From the NCBI GenBank assembly GCA_020137815.1, contig CM035351.1, positions 1,612,001 through 1,676,000 of the forward strand: a DNA stretch of 64,000 nt, in the 5' to 3' direction. A program made the position numbers and the translations under genes. The notes under the pieces are model-generated. The model saw nothing but the letters and a program-made list of their open reading frames with translations. It did no database searches and was not told the DNA's origin. Below, in pieces: positions 49,701 through 62,080 of this stretch. The DNA comes from Hormiphora californensis (Eukaryota > Animalia > Ctenophora). Within the stretch, counting starts at the first letter, position 1; each line of letters starts with the position of its first letter.

Positions 49701-52700
49701 GGTGCCCTATTAGCTCAACATATCAGGTCGTCTCTTCTTTATACTGTCTGCAGACGAACCGCGGTGTGCAGCACTACACAAGTTTCTTTCTTTTATAGAC
49801 CATTGTGTTGGGCCTGAATGTTGGTGTGTTTAGGCCCCCTTCAGAATAAGAAGGGGACCTAAATTCTCTACACACCAAACATCCATTGCAACAACTTCAT
49901 CCTCAGGATATTATAAGAACGAGAAGGCAACAGCAGAGACTCTAACATCAGATAACTTTGTTCGAACTGGAGATGTTGGGTATATTGATACTGAGGGGAC
50001 ACTGTTCATCACCGATCGACTAAAGGAGCTCATCAAGGTCAAGGGCTTCCAGGTAAATTACTATTTGATAATCTCTTGGTAATGAAATTACCCCTCAACG
50101 CGTAATAGGAGTGACTTCGTAACCAAGTTGGTTACGAAGTCACCCCTATTATTGCATATAATCCGTGAGCTAGCGCAGAGGGGGAATTTCATTACCAAGT
50201 AACCAAGATGGTCTCTAAGATTGCCTAGCTCGACCCTGTTTCACCGTGCCCCGGAGAGTTAGAACATAACAACAATGTCGATCATTGTTAGTGTACTCTC
50301 TCACTGTTAGGTGGCACCCGCTGAGCTAGAGGGAGTTCTTGCATCACACCCTGCCATTGGAGATGCCGCTGTTATCGGGATTCCCCATGAAAAGTTTGGA
50401 GAAGTGCCAAAAGCATTCATCACCCCGGCTCCTGGCGGTGAGTTATCTTTGTGTCATGTCAACATTTGAATATCTTTGTGTCTTGTCAACATTTGAATAT
50501 CTTTGTGTCTTGTCAACATTTGAATATCTTTGTGTCTTGTCAACATTTGAATATCTTTGTGTTTTGTCAACATTTGAATATCTGTAATATTGTTTGGAAG
50601 ACTTTTCTACATGTGTGTCAGTGTACATTCCTAAAATAGCAAGAGAGAGGGTCTAAACAAGCCAACCTATTTTCAGTGACGATTACCGTTGAAGAAGTTA
50701 AAGAGATAATTTCCAGTCGACTGTCAGCAGAGAAAGCTCTGGGAGAGGTAAGAAACTTGTCATAACTGTAACATCTCGCTGCGAGAGTTACAGTGTTTCT
50801 GGGGGTTACAGTGTAACTCTCCTCACTCCAGGTCTTCGACCTGGTTTGGAGAGTTGGGGGAGAATTCATTCGTTTGTGAGACAATAGGAAACGTGATCTG
50901 AAGCTAAGCGGTACACCCCTTTAAACAAACAATGTTGGAAGTCCCCACGTAGCAGCTTTTAAACGTAGGGCGCCAAACCGCACGACCCATATTATGGGAG
51001 GGTGGCGCGGTGGGGACGCGCACTGGGACAACAACCGCCGCGCGTTCGAAATAATACTTCCGTTCCGGGCGTGAAACGGAAGTTACAGTATCGGGTATTG
51101 TAACTTCCGTTTCATGCCCCGAAATTAAGCGAATATACTTAAGTACGTATGGAGGGGGGGGGGGGGGCTGCGTGAATAAAATATCCATGTCCTAAATAAA
51201 CACGTCCGACTTTAATGTCCCTGGGACATTAAAGGACATTAAAGGACATTAAAGGACATTAAAGGACATTAAAGTGAGAGTGGACCTACACAGAATTGGA
51301 CAATATTGTTGTAGGCAGTGGAGAATATTTCTCTCAGTTGGATTGACCTTTTCTGTGACTAGTGTTAAATCGTTGTTTTAAGGCTGAAGAGAGCGGTGTT
51401 GACCCCTATCCAACGCCTTTCTCTTTGCCACCAAGACTTACAATAGTTAAATATTTGTTAACTAACCATTCAACGCCTTTCTTTAGCTGCTATGTCATCT
51501 TTGACTTTCGATGAAGCCCTTACACTCCGCCCAAAGCCCGAGAGGCCGACCAACAAGAGGAAGGAACCCGAACTGGAACCCAAACAGACAAGAGATAGAG
51601 AAGAGGAAGGCACCCAAGAGGAACCTAAGATGAAGGCACCCAAGAGGAGGGAACTCACAAAAGCACCTGTTCGGGGACGGCCAAGATGGTCTGCTGAAAG
51701 AAAGGCCAACTCCTTCGAAAATAAAAAAGAGATTGCCAATTTGTTCGTGGAAAAAGTAAAGGAAGAGAATCCAGGTTTAGCGATAAAAGGACCTGAAATC
51801 TACGCACTTTTGTTGGAAAATGGGTTAAGTGCTGCTGTTTCAAAGGAAAATGTCAGGAAAATGTTTTTTGATAACAAACGCTGCCCGACCAAAGCAATGT
51901 TTTTGGCAATGAACCACGCCCTGAAACGCTCCCTGGCAATCACCTCGACTCAAAAAGTAGCTCGTGTTGAGACAGTTGACGGTCCTACTGACTCAGTACC
52001 TGAAAATGAACCGCCCATTGTATTTGATCAGGAGGAGGATGAGGAAAAACCTACAGAGTCGGGTATGCCGCGTACAGATACCAACCCTCTGATTGTTGTC
52101 GGAGGAATGAAGAGATTGTTGGGGAGTAAGAAGGCCCCGGCGAACACCCTCAGCCCCTCAGCCCTGGCGTACTTTACCACCAGAGCCAGGCTGGCCGGGG
52201 CCTTCTCACCGGAAGAGTTCATTTTCTGTGCTAAACAGGGCCTGAAGGAGGTGGCGGCAGACCCCATGATCTCCAAGATTATGATGCAGAAAAAGGAGTT
52301 TCCTCTTCCTGAAATCGTGGCTTATCATGTTATGAGACACGCCAACGCTTTAGAGATCCCAGTGTCATCAAAACTAGTTAACTATAGTTGAGATAACTAT
52401 AATGATGAATCTGGTGATGAATCTGCCCCAGTGACGCCAATCAAACCGGTGGAGCCAAGTGAAGATATTGACGATAATCAGATTGAATATGTGCGGGGGC
52501 TGTGATAATATACCATAGTGATGAATGGAATAATTTCCCTTTAACTTTAGCACTTAACTCGAATTTATATTTTTGCTACAGCCCCTAAAAGTTGGAAAAA
52601 AGATGACCCTAAATTTTAATTTTAGGGCTAGAAGGATGCAATTTTGGGGATTTGTGGGGCCCTGATTCTCCAATTTTTATCCCCCTCCATACGACTCCAG

Positions 52701-55209
52701 ACGATTCTCAGAATCTGGGCAGTGAAGTTTAGTCTGAGGATTTAAAAAAACTAGTTCTGGGACTTCGTTCTGAACACCATCTTTCTTGTTGTTCTCGTAT
52801 CTAAAACCAACTAATTTAGTTCATAATACTGCACTCTTTTGCATTCTATCTAAGGTATGATCCCCAAACTTGATTATTTATACCATATTCAATATTAAAG
52901 CGTTTCTAAGAATCTAGAATCCGTTGGAGCTGAGTTCTAGTAAATTGACTGAAAGATGCATTAGACTATATTTACTAAGTATTTTAACCATACACAGAGA
53001 CGGATTTATTAAAATCATTTATCTTGGTACACATGTCGCGTGAGTTTGAGTCCAATAGCAGGGTGGCAACTAGTGAAAAGAGGTTAAATTTTTAATTTCT
53101 TGCAGTTTGCAGTTAAACCATATGGGGGAGGCCGCTACTACTCCCTCTCTGCTCCCCACTGCTAAATAATTCATATATAGCCTGATTGGTTCGCGTAGCC
53201 CCTTTAAGTTTAAGGAGCTGTCAGAGCCTGTGAGTTCGAGCAAGATCAAGAGCATTTTGAATCTCCCTAACATAGTGTACGAGATTATCAGAATATCTTG
53301 TTAGCTGTTTAAAGGTTGCCCATTAGTTTCTAGGGTTGCCCATTAGTTTCTAGTATACACATGAGGGGTGGGTAGCTGTACTACTGGGTACTACTCCGGG
53401 ACAACAGCGTCACTGCAGCAAATGTCACTGTCAGATGTCGAACCGACAAACTACTTGAAGGAGTTTTTAACAACGAAAGTACCTAGTTAAGAAGTTTAGT
53501 CGGACCCCTTGCTAAAACTGACAGCTTCTACAATCTTAGCGTATCTTTCGTCCGTTCTCTAAACTTCATATCTCTATCAGACTCAGAGATAAGAAGTGGA
53601 GAGGTAGAGACTAGAGCTGTCCGAGCGTATCCATCCTCCTGTAGCTGTAGTAATACTTTCTTGTCAACACGCATGACGTGATAGCTAGTCTCAAAGACTT
53701 TAAACCCCCCCCCCCCATTATAGTTATGGCCGCCCTGTACGCGACACTTCATTCCCTTAATATCTTGCAGTATCATTATTTCTTTTCTGATATTGGTCAA
53801 TATTATTGCTCAATCGTATATCTTATCTGTCCCTACTATAATACACCACTTTTCTCTCTCCCTCTCCTTCTAGTTATGCTCCTCCTCAAGCCCTTTTGGA
53901 TCCACGGCTCAGTGGGTTTCTGGGCGGCGTGTGGGCGGCAGAGGATCACTCCGACCGGCTGGAACCTGGGAACACCCCTCCACCTCCTTATCCTGCTGGC
54001 CATCTCTGGTGTGTTTATCCCGGTGGAGCTGTGGGTAATAACCCGGAACATGTCCTGGGAGACCATGTTCTATCTGGAGGATATCCACCTCACCACCACG
54101 ATATCCACCATTATCTCCATGTTCAGTCTGACGCATGTTGTGGTGGCGCTGGGCAGCTACCTATTCTCGGTGTACCTCTACCAGAAATATGGAGTCAAGG
54201 CAGTCATTCGATCCTCCTTCATCGGGATGTCCATCTTCTTTGGAGGAGTGTGTCTCTTTCACGAGACCCTTCTTTACTCTGGAAGTAGAGAGGAATACTG
54301 GGCTGGAGTGCCCAAGTCCCTTTCTTCTTTCTTCTCCTGCCAGCGATTCATCGATGCCTATGGTATCTTCTCCCTCTTCTTCGCTCCTGTATTCTTCACC
54401 CTGGCAATGGGTCTAAATTGGGGAGCCCCTGATAGTGGGAAGTTCACTACCGCCGTCTTCAGGGAGGCTGCTGGGCATGTTCTGGGGTTGTCTGCCCTTG
54501 GTCTTCTCACTGGAAACCTGGCCAAGTTGTCCCTGATGTTTTGTGCTGCCTCGATCAGTTACCTTCTGATTGTGAGCCCGCTACTGTTGTGTCCAAAGGG
54601 AGAGGGAATGAAGGGACAAGAGAAAGCAGAGTAAGGTTATTGTACTGAATAATAAATTAATCGGACCGAACGGCGAACCGATATCTGCCCGAGTATGTGT
54701 GAGATTTCCCCACTCATCTATTGTACAGAGGGCGTGAGTGTGTATCAGCACCAGAAGGAGATATCAAAACTGCTTAAATGTTATTGTAGTCATATTAATT
54801 GCTGAAATTAGCTGAAAAACACTAATTGTTTAATTGCTATCCTGAATTGCACAATCTATTTTGAATTTCAATTTCGCAAGGTTGAGAAATGTATTGTTTG
54901 GTTTGATGTATTAAAATGACCTTAGCAGCTTATACAATGTTTTATTTGTTTTTGTCTCTTGTTGGTACAAAACGGGAATAATCACTTATCACTAACTCTC
55001 AGCGGGGAGGGGAGGGGGGTATCTCACTGTGCGTCAGACTTGAATAATCCTATTGTTGTTGGAACACAATGAGTGACGCGGTTAATACTAAGAGATTGTA
55101 ACAACCCCTCCTTTTCCAGGTCGAGTTTATGGATGTGATCCCCAAGCTGCCCTCTGGGAAAATCCTACGAAAAGATCTCCGAAAATTGGAGGAATCCCGC
55201 CGAAAATAA
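46794..55209 (+). CDS. Firefly-luciferase/4-coumarate-CoA-ligase-like acyl-CoA synthetase (multi-exon; span given)
   Basis: AYSSGTTG|[31 protein letters not shown]|[27 protein letters not shown]|VAPAELE and [12 protein letters not shown]. Last intron spans 50748-55119. Confidence 0.93.
50083..50199. repeat. Palindromic MITE-like hairpin (partial relatives at ~30071 and ~40152)
   Basis: cttggtaatgaaatt...gtgacttcgtaaccaa|gttggttacgaagtcac...aatttcattaccaag. Confidence 0.7.
50443..50583 (+). repeat. 27-bp tandem repeat (~5 copies) just after a donor site
   Basis: Unit tatctttgtgtcttgtcaacatttgaa. Confidence 0.9.
51492..52391 (+). CDS. Unknown 299-aa charged protein with RGRP motif, same-strand inside the ligase intron
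   Basis: Intronless ATG ORF with acceptor tctttAG 5 nt upstream; no recognised domain. Confidence 0.6.
   Translation: MSSLTFDEALTLRPKPERPTNKRKEPELEPKQTRDREEEGTQEEPKMKAPKRRELTKAPVRGRPRWSAERKANSFENKKEIANLFVEKVKEENPGLAIKGPEIYALLLENGLSAAVSKENVRKMFFDNKRCPTKAMFLAMNHALKRSLAITSTQKVARVETVDGPTDSVPENEPPIVFDQEEDEEKPTESGMPRTDTNPLIVVGGMKRLLGSKKAPANTLSPSALAYFTTRARLAGAFSPEEFIFCAKQGLKEVAADPMISKIMMQKKEFPLPEIVAYHVMRHANALEIPVSSKLVNYS
53876..54634 (+). CDS. Intronless multi-pass membrane protein, same-strand inside the ligase intron
   Basis: Strong pyrimidine tract and AG at 53873, ATG at 53876, about 7 hydrophobic segments, AATAAA just after the stop. Confidence 0.75.
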   Translation: MLLLKPFWIHGSVGFWAACGRQRITPTGWNLGTPLHLLILLAISGVFIPVELWVITRNMSWETMFYLEDIHLTTTISTIISMFSLTHVVVALGSYLFSVYLYQKYGVKAVIRSSFIGMSIFFGGVCLFHETLLYSGSREEYWAGVPKSLSSFFSCQRFIDAYGIFSLFFAPVFFTLAMGLNWGAPDSGKFTTAVFREAAGHVLGLSALGLLTGNLAKLSLMFCAASISYLLIVSPLLLCPKGEGMKGQEKAE

Positions 55210-55993
55210 ATCACGGAAGGAGATGATTTTACCACCCATGATGGGATTCATGGGTGTCATTGGAATGTATATCGATTTGGGCCATAAAATCTGGACGCTT
55301 TATCCGGCGACGTAATCGCCTTTTTACTTTTTTCAGTACAGTTATGCAAGTGTGTGAATATGTTTAGCTAGTTTTATCGGGATCCTTTTTAAACCTCAAA
55401 TTAAACACAAAGAGAGAGAAACACTAACAGAGAATGTATCGCATTTTACAACGATTTATGACGTGTGATTCTGTTTAATAGAGTGTTCATTAGTTGAATA
55501 TTAGAAAATTTGCTGTTTCAATAGTTCAATATTGGGGGTTGGAACAATGGAACATGGTAGTTGGTAGGAAGGACGTGGCTGAATAAGAGTGGCATTGGTG
55601 TAGGTGTTGAGTAAGGGCCATGGCTCAACCCTCTCTCACCCCTTGCAAGGGGTGAGATTGGATCCATTGCAACCTATTCTCGCTCCGTATGTGAGATCGA
55701 TCTCGGTCGCTGCGCGATCTCACTCAGGTATCAATGTGACCAAGGGGTGAGAGAGGGTTGAGCGAATAGCGCCACTAACGCAAACTCCCACTACAAGCGA
55801 CCGGGTGACTTGTTGGTTTATCAGAAAAGTGGAATTTCAAGTTTTCTAGTGAAAATGAAATCAAGTTGGTAAATTCCATATCGATTAGATAACAAAGGCT
55901 GTTCCCTATTTGTCTCTCTGTTCACTGTTCAGAATTTGTAGGTTCAAACCAGCTGGTTAGGGTCTGCAGAATATTGAACCACTTGGTAACACT

Positions 55994-57715
55994 TTACTGG
56001 TTAAACCACATTCCATGAATGTTGAATGGGACATGAGCACTACCAGAGTAGACTGTCTCCACCTTCAAAGTAGCTGCATTCCACACGTAGAACAGGGACT
56101 CTCCTGAAACAGATTGTAATTGTATTTGTAAAGATATTTTTGAAAATGAAAGGGCAAATTATAGAGGTTTTTGAGGTTCTTGGATTTAGTAAAAAATTCA
56201 TTTTCATTGTGATAGAGAAAGATACTTCATGAAGTTCATTACCTTTGATTGAGTCGTATACAGGTGCCACAATGACCCCCTCATCCTCTTCCTGACCCCC
56301 AGGTCTAGGCACAAAAATGGGTTCACTGGCATGTTTCCCGGCCTCGCTCCACTGCACAACCTCCTCCCTACACACATCGTACTTTATCAAACCCATCATC
56401 ATGGACCCCATGTGCCACCCCTGGAGGTAGCAGAAACAGTATGGCTTGCCCATGTAGTCGGGGTTGATGTAAGGGAACTCAACTAGCAGGTCCAGGGGCT
56501 CCCACAAACTGGGCATGTCCGTGACTGTAGCCACTCCCGTCTCAAGGTTCATTACAAACCGTCTCAGGGTTGTGTTCCACTGGAGCTCGTCATACGCTTG
56601 AGTTCCATTCCCTAGAATCCCCACACTCAGGACATCGAACATGCAGTGGGCCGAGATACTGGGATCATGTGGATCAGCAGCGGTGGGAAAGTCCATAACG
56701 ATCTCCAATTGGCCAGCCTCGTTAACCCTCTCAAATGAGTTCATGATATGGACCCCTTTCTGGGGACTCAGTTCGTAGTGGGTCACGTGACCACTAGCTA
56801 GGGAGATGAGGTCGATATAGAGAGGTTTGTCAGGTCTAAACCTCGCCCCATTGCATAAGTGGTTCATGTCTGTCATTGCGGTGGTAAAACTCCTGAACCC
56901 TATATCCACATTCCATCTGGGAACTACTATGAAGTTCTCGGTTACCCCAAAAGAGTGTAGTAGCCTCATATCAAAGAAATCCCCGTCCAGGTTTGCTAAT
57001 GTGCTCCGTGACCACCTGACCCTGGGTGTCCGTGGTGTACTTGTAGAATTGGTATTGGGGTGGATTCCACATGGCCGCACTCATTGTGAAAATGTAGTTG
57101 ATACTGTAACCATGGGTCGGGTGCCGGGAAAAGTGAGCAGCACTGAACAGTACCTTTTCAAAGAAGCCCACATTCTTCAGTCCCTGGACTGGGAAACACA
57201 CCATGGTATTGACCTGTCCTGGGGTCGACACTGTTCATCACGGGGGACTCAGTCGTCAGGGTTGCAGTACCTGTCCCCAGATCCCATACTGCTATGTTAG
57301 TGTTATCTGCATAGTCCTCACTCCTCATCATCAGCTTCATCAGTTCAAAGACCGTGAAATCAGGGTCCAGACTTCCAATCACGGGATAGGGAGCAAGTTG
57401 ACCTTGTTCGTATGTCAGGTTTAAAAGGTTTGAAGGTAGCATGGAACTCCTGTAGACCACTGTTCCATCTTTAACATCCCAGGTGTGGACCTTGGTTAGG
57501 CCATCACACATGTTATCCACCTTCCTGCCCCCATACTCCATCATCCCAGGACCCACTCTCATCAGGGATCCAGACATCCAGGCAGGGAGGGAACCCTCCC
57601 TCAGAGTCAGGGTCTCAGCCTCTTCATCGGGGTGAAATGTTAACATGTCGGGAAGGTAGGACCAGCTGTCTGCTATCACAGCCGGTGAGAGGAGAAGGAG
57701 AGGGAGAAGAAGCAT
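55994..57715 (-). CDS. Carotenoid cleavage oxygenase (RPE65/BCO family) with N-terminal signal-like peptide; two frameshifts, one short intron near the 3' end
   Basis: EGSLPAWMSGSLMRVGPG, DGL, DNTN, four Fe-ligand His motifs (SAAH, LLHSF, VHIMNSFE, NIHGMWF), EFPYINP and SEPIFVPRPG..EDEG. Final exon ~56105-55994. Confidence 0.9.
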
Positions 57716-57915
57716 TCTAAAATAGTGGCAATATGAATATGATGTACAATTTAGTATTCACACACATGTCGACAAAGTTAATCAGTTTCCCTTTCGACCT
57801 CAGAGCACTAGCAGTAGCAGAGCTCAGTCGGCTGTGAGAAATGCCACACTGAACATAGACAACTGAATGAGCTGGACTCCAAGCCGTATTTGTATGAGAT
57901 GCCCCACTTACACGG

Positions 57916-58147
57916 GGGATTACGGGGGCTCGAATAGATCGCCCGTATAGATCGCCCGTACCAGTCCCCCGTACATTTGCTTTGCGCATTACGTTTCACC
58001 ACACTTTCACCACAACAAAACACTCGCGCGTTACGCGCATGTGTTTTGTTGTGGTGAAAGTGTGGTGAAACGTAATGCGCAAAGCAAATGTACGGGGGAC
58101 TGGTACGGGCGATCTATACGGGCGTCTCATCCGGGCCCCCGTAATCC
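57916..58147. repeat. ~230-bp near-perfect palindrome (MITE-like); related half at ~59163-59221
   Basis: Arms ggattacgggggc...caccacaacaaaacac and its reverse complement. Confidence 0.85.
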
Positions 58148-58427
58148 GCTGCCTTAGTAGCCCCCTGGCCATAAACGCGTACGGGGTATACGGGGTATGA
58201 CGTTTATTCGTATTCGATTTTAGTTTCATTGAATTGAGTTTTGAATGGCCTGATCTGGAAAACTCAATTAACAAGTTCTAATATAACACAGATAAAATGT
58301 AGCTGTCCAGTGAACACGATGTTTGACAAGTCACGTTGAACAATGAGTTGGGCACGCCACGTGCACGAGGGGTATAACTAGAAGGAACTGACACCGACAC
58401 CAGAAGTTGATTCAATTGTCGGGCCAA

Positions 58428-58751
58428 GTGTCGAACTTCCGAGAAGGTGACAATTTCATTATGATGCGCTGTGTTATCATATGGTTATAAAAGACACCAC
58501 ACACGCCGTCTTGGAGACTGAAATGTCACCGTAAATATGACCGTCAGACCCTAAAGCGGCCTCAATTCAAAACCAAAACAGGGTCACCGCCAGATAGTGT
58601 GTTTGAGACACGTCATATGTACATTTCCTGTATGGCGGCGCCATACCGGCCCCATCCATTTGACAGTGCGCTCAGATGGGGTCGGCGGCGCCAGACAGTA
58701 TGATAACACAGCGTATCATAATGAAATTGTCACTTTCTCGGAAGGTCGACA
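58428..58751. mobile_element. MITE-like element with ~54-bp inverted repeats enclosing a dispersed ~70-bp motif (also at ~59300 and ~59533)
   Basis: gtgtcgaacttccgagaaggtgacaatttcattatgatgcgctgtgttatcata and its imperfect reverse complement; internal tggcggcgcca...gtgcgctcagatggggtcggcggcgcc. Confidence 0.7.
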
Positions 58752-61209
58752 CTCAACAAAATGTTGACACCAAATCCACCACATTGACGTATTCTAGTCT
58801 CTAACACAAACCAATGGTCCACCATTACCAAATCAACAAAGTGTAAAACACAGTTTTTACATAAAAACGAATAAATTTATTTCGTACAATTCAAAATCTT
58901 AAAATTCTTGGTCCTGACTTCTGGCCCTAGTAAACAATCAACTAATAAAATGGGTGCCAACTGATAATGTTACAACTCAGTTCAATTCAGAAAGATTCAG
59001 CAATTGCATGGTGCCTACAGTGTGTAGGGAATTGGACCGGTCAAGTACGATCTCCAAATGCAAATCTCTCCGATTGTTGAATCATCTGAACCACACACAC
59101 ACATGTGGGGTGTGTGTCAGTGTGTTTGTGTGTACACACAAACACACTGACACACACCCCATACTTACACGGGGGATTACGGGGGCTCGTATAGATCGCC
59201 CGTATAGATCGCCCGTACCAGCTTAACAACGTAACACATGGTGGTGCGCTCTAAAAACTACGGATAAAAGCTAATAAACATTTTGAAATCTAGACTTTTT
59301 GTATGGCGTTGCCAGATCCCGTTTTGATTCGATACAGTGCGCTCAGATCGGGTCGGCGTTGCCAGACAGTCTTGTTTAGACTCTCCCGGTCTAGTCAGTA
59401 TAGAAACAAACTTCAACAGCCTAAACCTATATATTTGATATATTGTAACAAATCAAGCCAATAACCAAACATCTCTGAAAATCATCTCTCACTATTATAA
59501 CACAACAACACAGTTCAGACTTGTTGAGTCATTGTCTGGCGGCGCCATACCCCAATTTGATTCTCAAATCTGAGTGAGAGTGCGCTCAGATGGGGTTGGC
59601 GGCGCCCTGTCAGAGCATTGGCCTGACCCTATTCTCGGAGCGCGCGAGAACTGTGGTCAGAGCATTGGCCTGACAGTTGCTCAACGCACATATCCAAGCG
59701 ATTGCATCTTTCTTTGGTTTAGGTTTAGTTCGTGTGCACTGCTTTTCCGAGATTTCTAGCTTACAATTGCTATTAGTTTTTGACAATACTGCTGTATTGA
59801 ACCCACTGATCTCAGCACCATTCTTTGTTCATCAATAGAGCTTCAGCTAGTGATCATTAAGCTTTTCAGACTGCCCTGCCCACTCAGTGTCGCTAGCTCA
59901 ATTGATCACCTTCCCACCGTATAGTAGTCCACCTGCTTCATCCTAGCCTCATGACTCATCTGAGTTTTTAAATGCAAATGCAATGGGACACTATGATTCA
60001 TAGCATGAAACAAAACGAAGACCGCAAACGATGATCATGTAAACTGCAACGCTTTTTGGGTATAGTTATTGGGACGTCTCTCCACTTTTTCTCTTGTCGA
60101 TTGTTTTCGGAAAGTTTTATGAAACGTTCCGACAACTTTTCTGACAACATTTCTCGATAGTGGGTTCAATACAGGCGCGGCGCTACTGTTTTAAAAGCGC
60201 GTTCGTCTATTTGCGCGTGCCTAGTGATCCCCAGAGATCACTCACGCTCTGCTAACGTGACGTCATTTGCAAATGGCTCCTGACCCTGTTCTGCACGCGG
60301 GAGTCAGAACGGGTTGTTACCAAGCACTTGGCCGAAGGCGCTTAGACTATTTTGTGCCAAATTCAAGTCAACACTCAAATATACTCGATTATTTAAACAA
60401 TTGTTAAAAGCCTCACAACATTAGTTTTCAACAGCATGGCTTTGGTTTCAATGACCTATTGTCAGATTATCTCTAGGTTCTGGCCTTATCATTATGATGG
60501 TAGGATGGAGAATGGTGATAACCTACGTCGTTCTGTAAGACCATTTCCAGTATCTGATACACCCTTTATATGGTTCCTGACAAGCCTAAAAAGGATGATT
60601 GTTTACCGGCTCCAGAATGGTTGGTAAAATGCCTTTGTAGCTATTTTTTTGTATTACCATTTAGCTGAATATGACTTGAATGGTATAATACTATGGTAGG
60701 TGCTAGTCATGAACATTATGACCCATACCAATTGTTTTCCAATTCCCATGGGGCATTGGTTGTCCAAATGCCCCATGGGGCAATCGTGTATATACCAATT
60801 GCCCCCGATTTTTGTCCGGTTCGGGCGTCAAATTGTCGTTGCCACCCTCAAAGCACAATTAGCTAATTGGAGGCGGTAATCCTTGACTTAAGCACTGGAC
60901 TAGAAAAGTATCATATTGTGAAATTACGACCGATTAAATAATTACATAATTAGTTACCGAAATAAGTTAACTTAATGTCATTTTTCGTTATTCACCTAAC
61001 ACCACATTTGAAAAGGCCCATTAATATCAGTCACATTGCCACTCGTTCCGGTGACCAATTGGCCCACGTAAATTGTTACCCCGGTCTACCTTACACTCTC
61101 CCAAGTGAGAAAAATAAAGGCTAGGGGTATAGGATTTCCGTACAAAGATGGAAATAAAAAACAGACTCAGTGCAACTTGCACAATCCCTTGTCATATTAT
61201 CAATCTTAC

Positions 61210-61333
61210 CAGGGAATTATCAGCACTGAAAAATGCAGGCGAATCATTGACAGTCACAGAGATATGCATCTCCAAATCCTCCCCTTCCTCCACTTCATCA
61301 TCCCCAGACGATTTATCTAGTGAGAGGGAGGGG

Positions 61334-61425
<92 letters not shown>

Positions 61426-62080
61426 ATTAAAAGAGAAAGAGATAGTCATAGAGGGACAGGGAGAGAGAAATTGTAGGATCATATTTTGTCATTGACAGCT
61501 CAGATAAAATTGAAAAGACCTCCGAGAATTAATAGTTGCGAAATTATATTATTATGCAATTATTTTTTAGTCTCCCAATTCCATAAGCAGTATCATACAC
61601 AGTGAATAGAAAGGTCTGGAGAAATGATCATTTACCGTTGGTGTGTACGACCAGTTTCTGTATGGTCCTCCAGTTGGATCCCCCGGGTAAGGGGACTATT
61701 TGTATCTTCCTTCCTCTTAGTTACCGCTGAGAACATCTCTACTACGTGATCAACTGTCCGGGCAAGGGAGGCCGATCTATCTGACTGAGGGAATGGTGTT
61801 TTTGATACAGATATATCTAGGAATAATGGGGCATTGGAACACTATCATTGCATGGATCACTGTTGAGTATGGTTAGCCGTTAAATAGGGCTCAGGGGTGA
61901 CATGTAACACTTTGTAACACTTTGTAACATACCTCTCCGAAGAGTTCAGAGGTGTCTATCTCCAGCTCATTAGGAGGTGTTGCTGGCCAATCAAATACCT
62001 CCTCCTCCTGCATCTGATCTATACCGTTAGATATGTCTTCTTCATCATCGGGTCCATCAACAGACGCCTCCGAGCTCTCT
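61210..62080 (-). CDS. Internal exons of an unidentified acidic, low-complexity protein gene that probably extends beyond these bounds
   Basis: AG/GT-bounded segments at ~62078-61933, ~61780-61635 and ~61316-61210 preceded by TC tracts (e.g. SSGDDEVEEGEDLEMHISVTV). No recognisable domain. Confidence 0.5.

Noticed and set aside
50905-53206. Kolobok-type ends (cccctttaa at ~50917 and ~53198)
   Set aside because: Both are in the same orientation and no matching left ends or TIR pair were found.
46794-55209. A true bioluminescence luciferase
   Set aside because: Luciferase-like ligases are widespread in non-luminous organisms, and sequence alone cannot show light emission.
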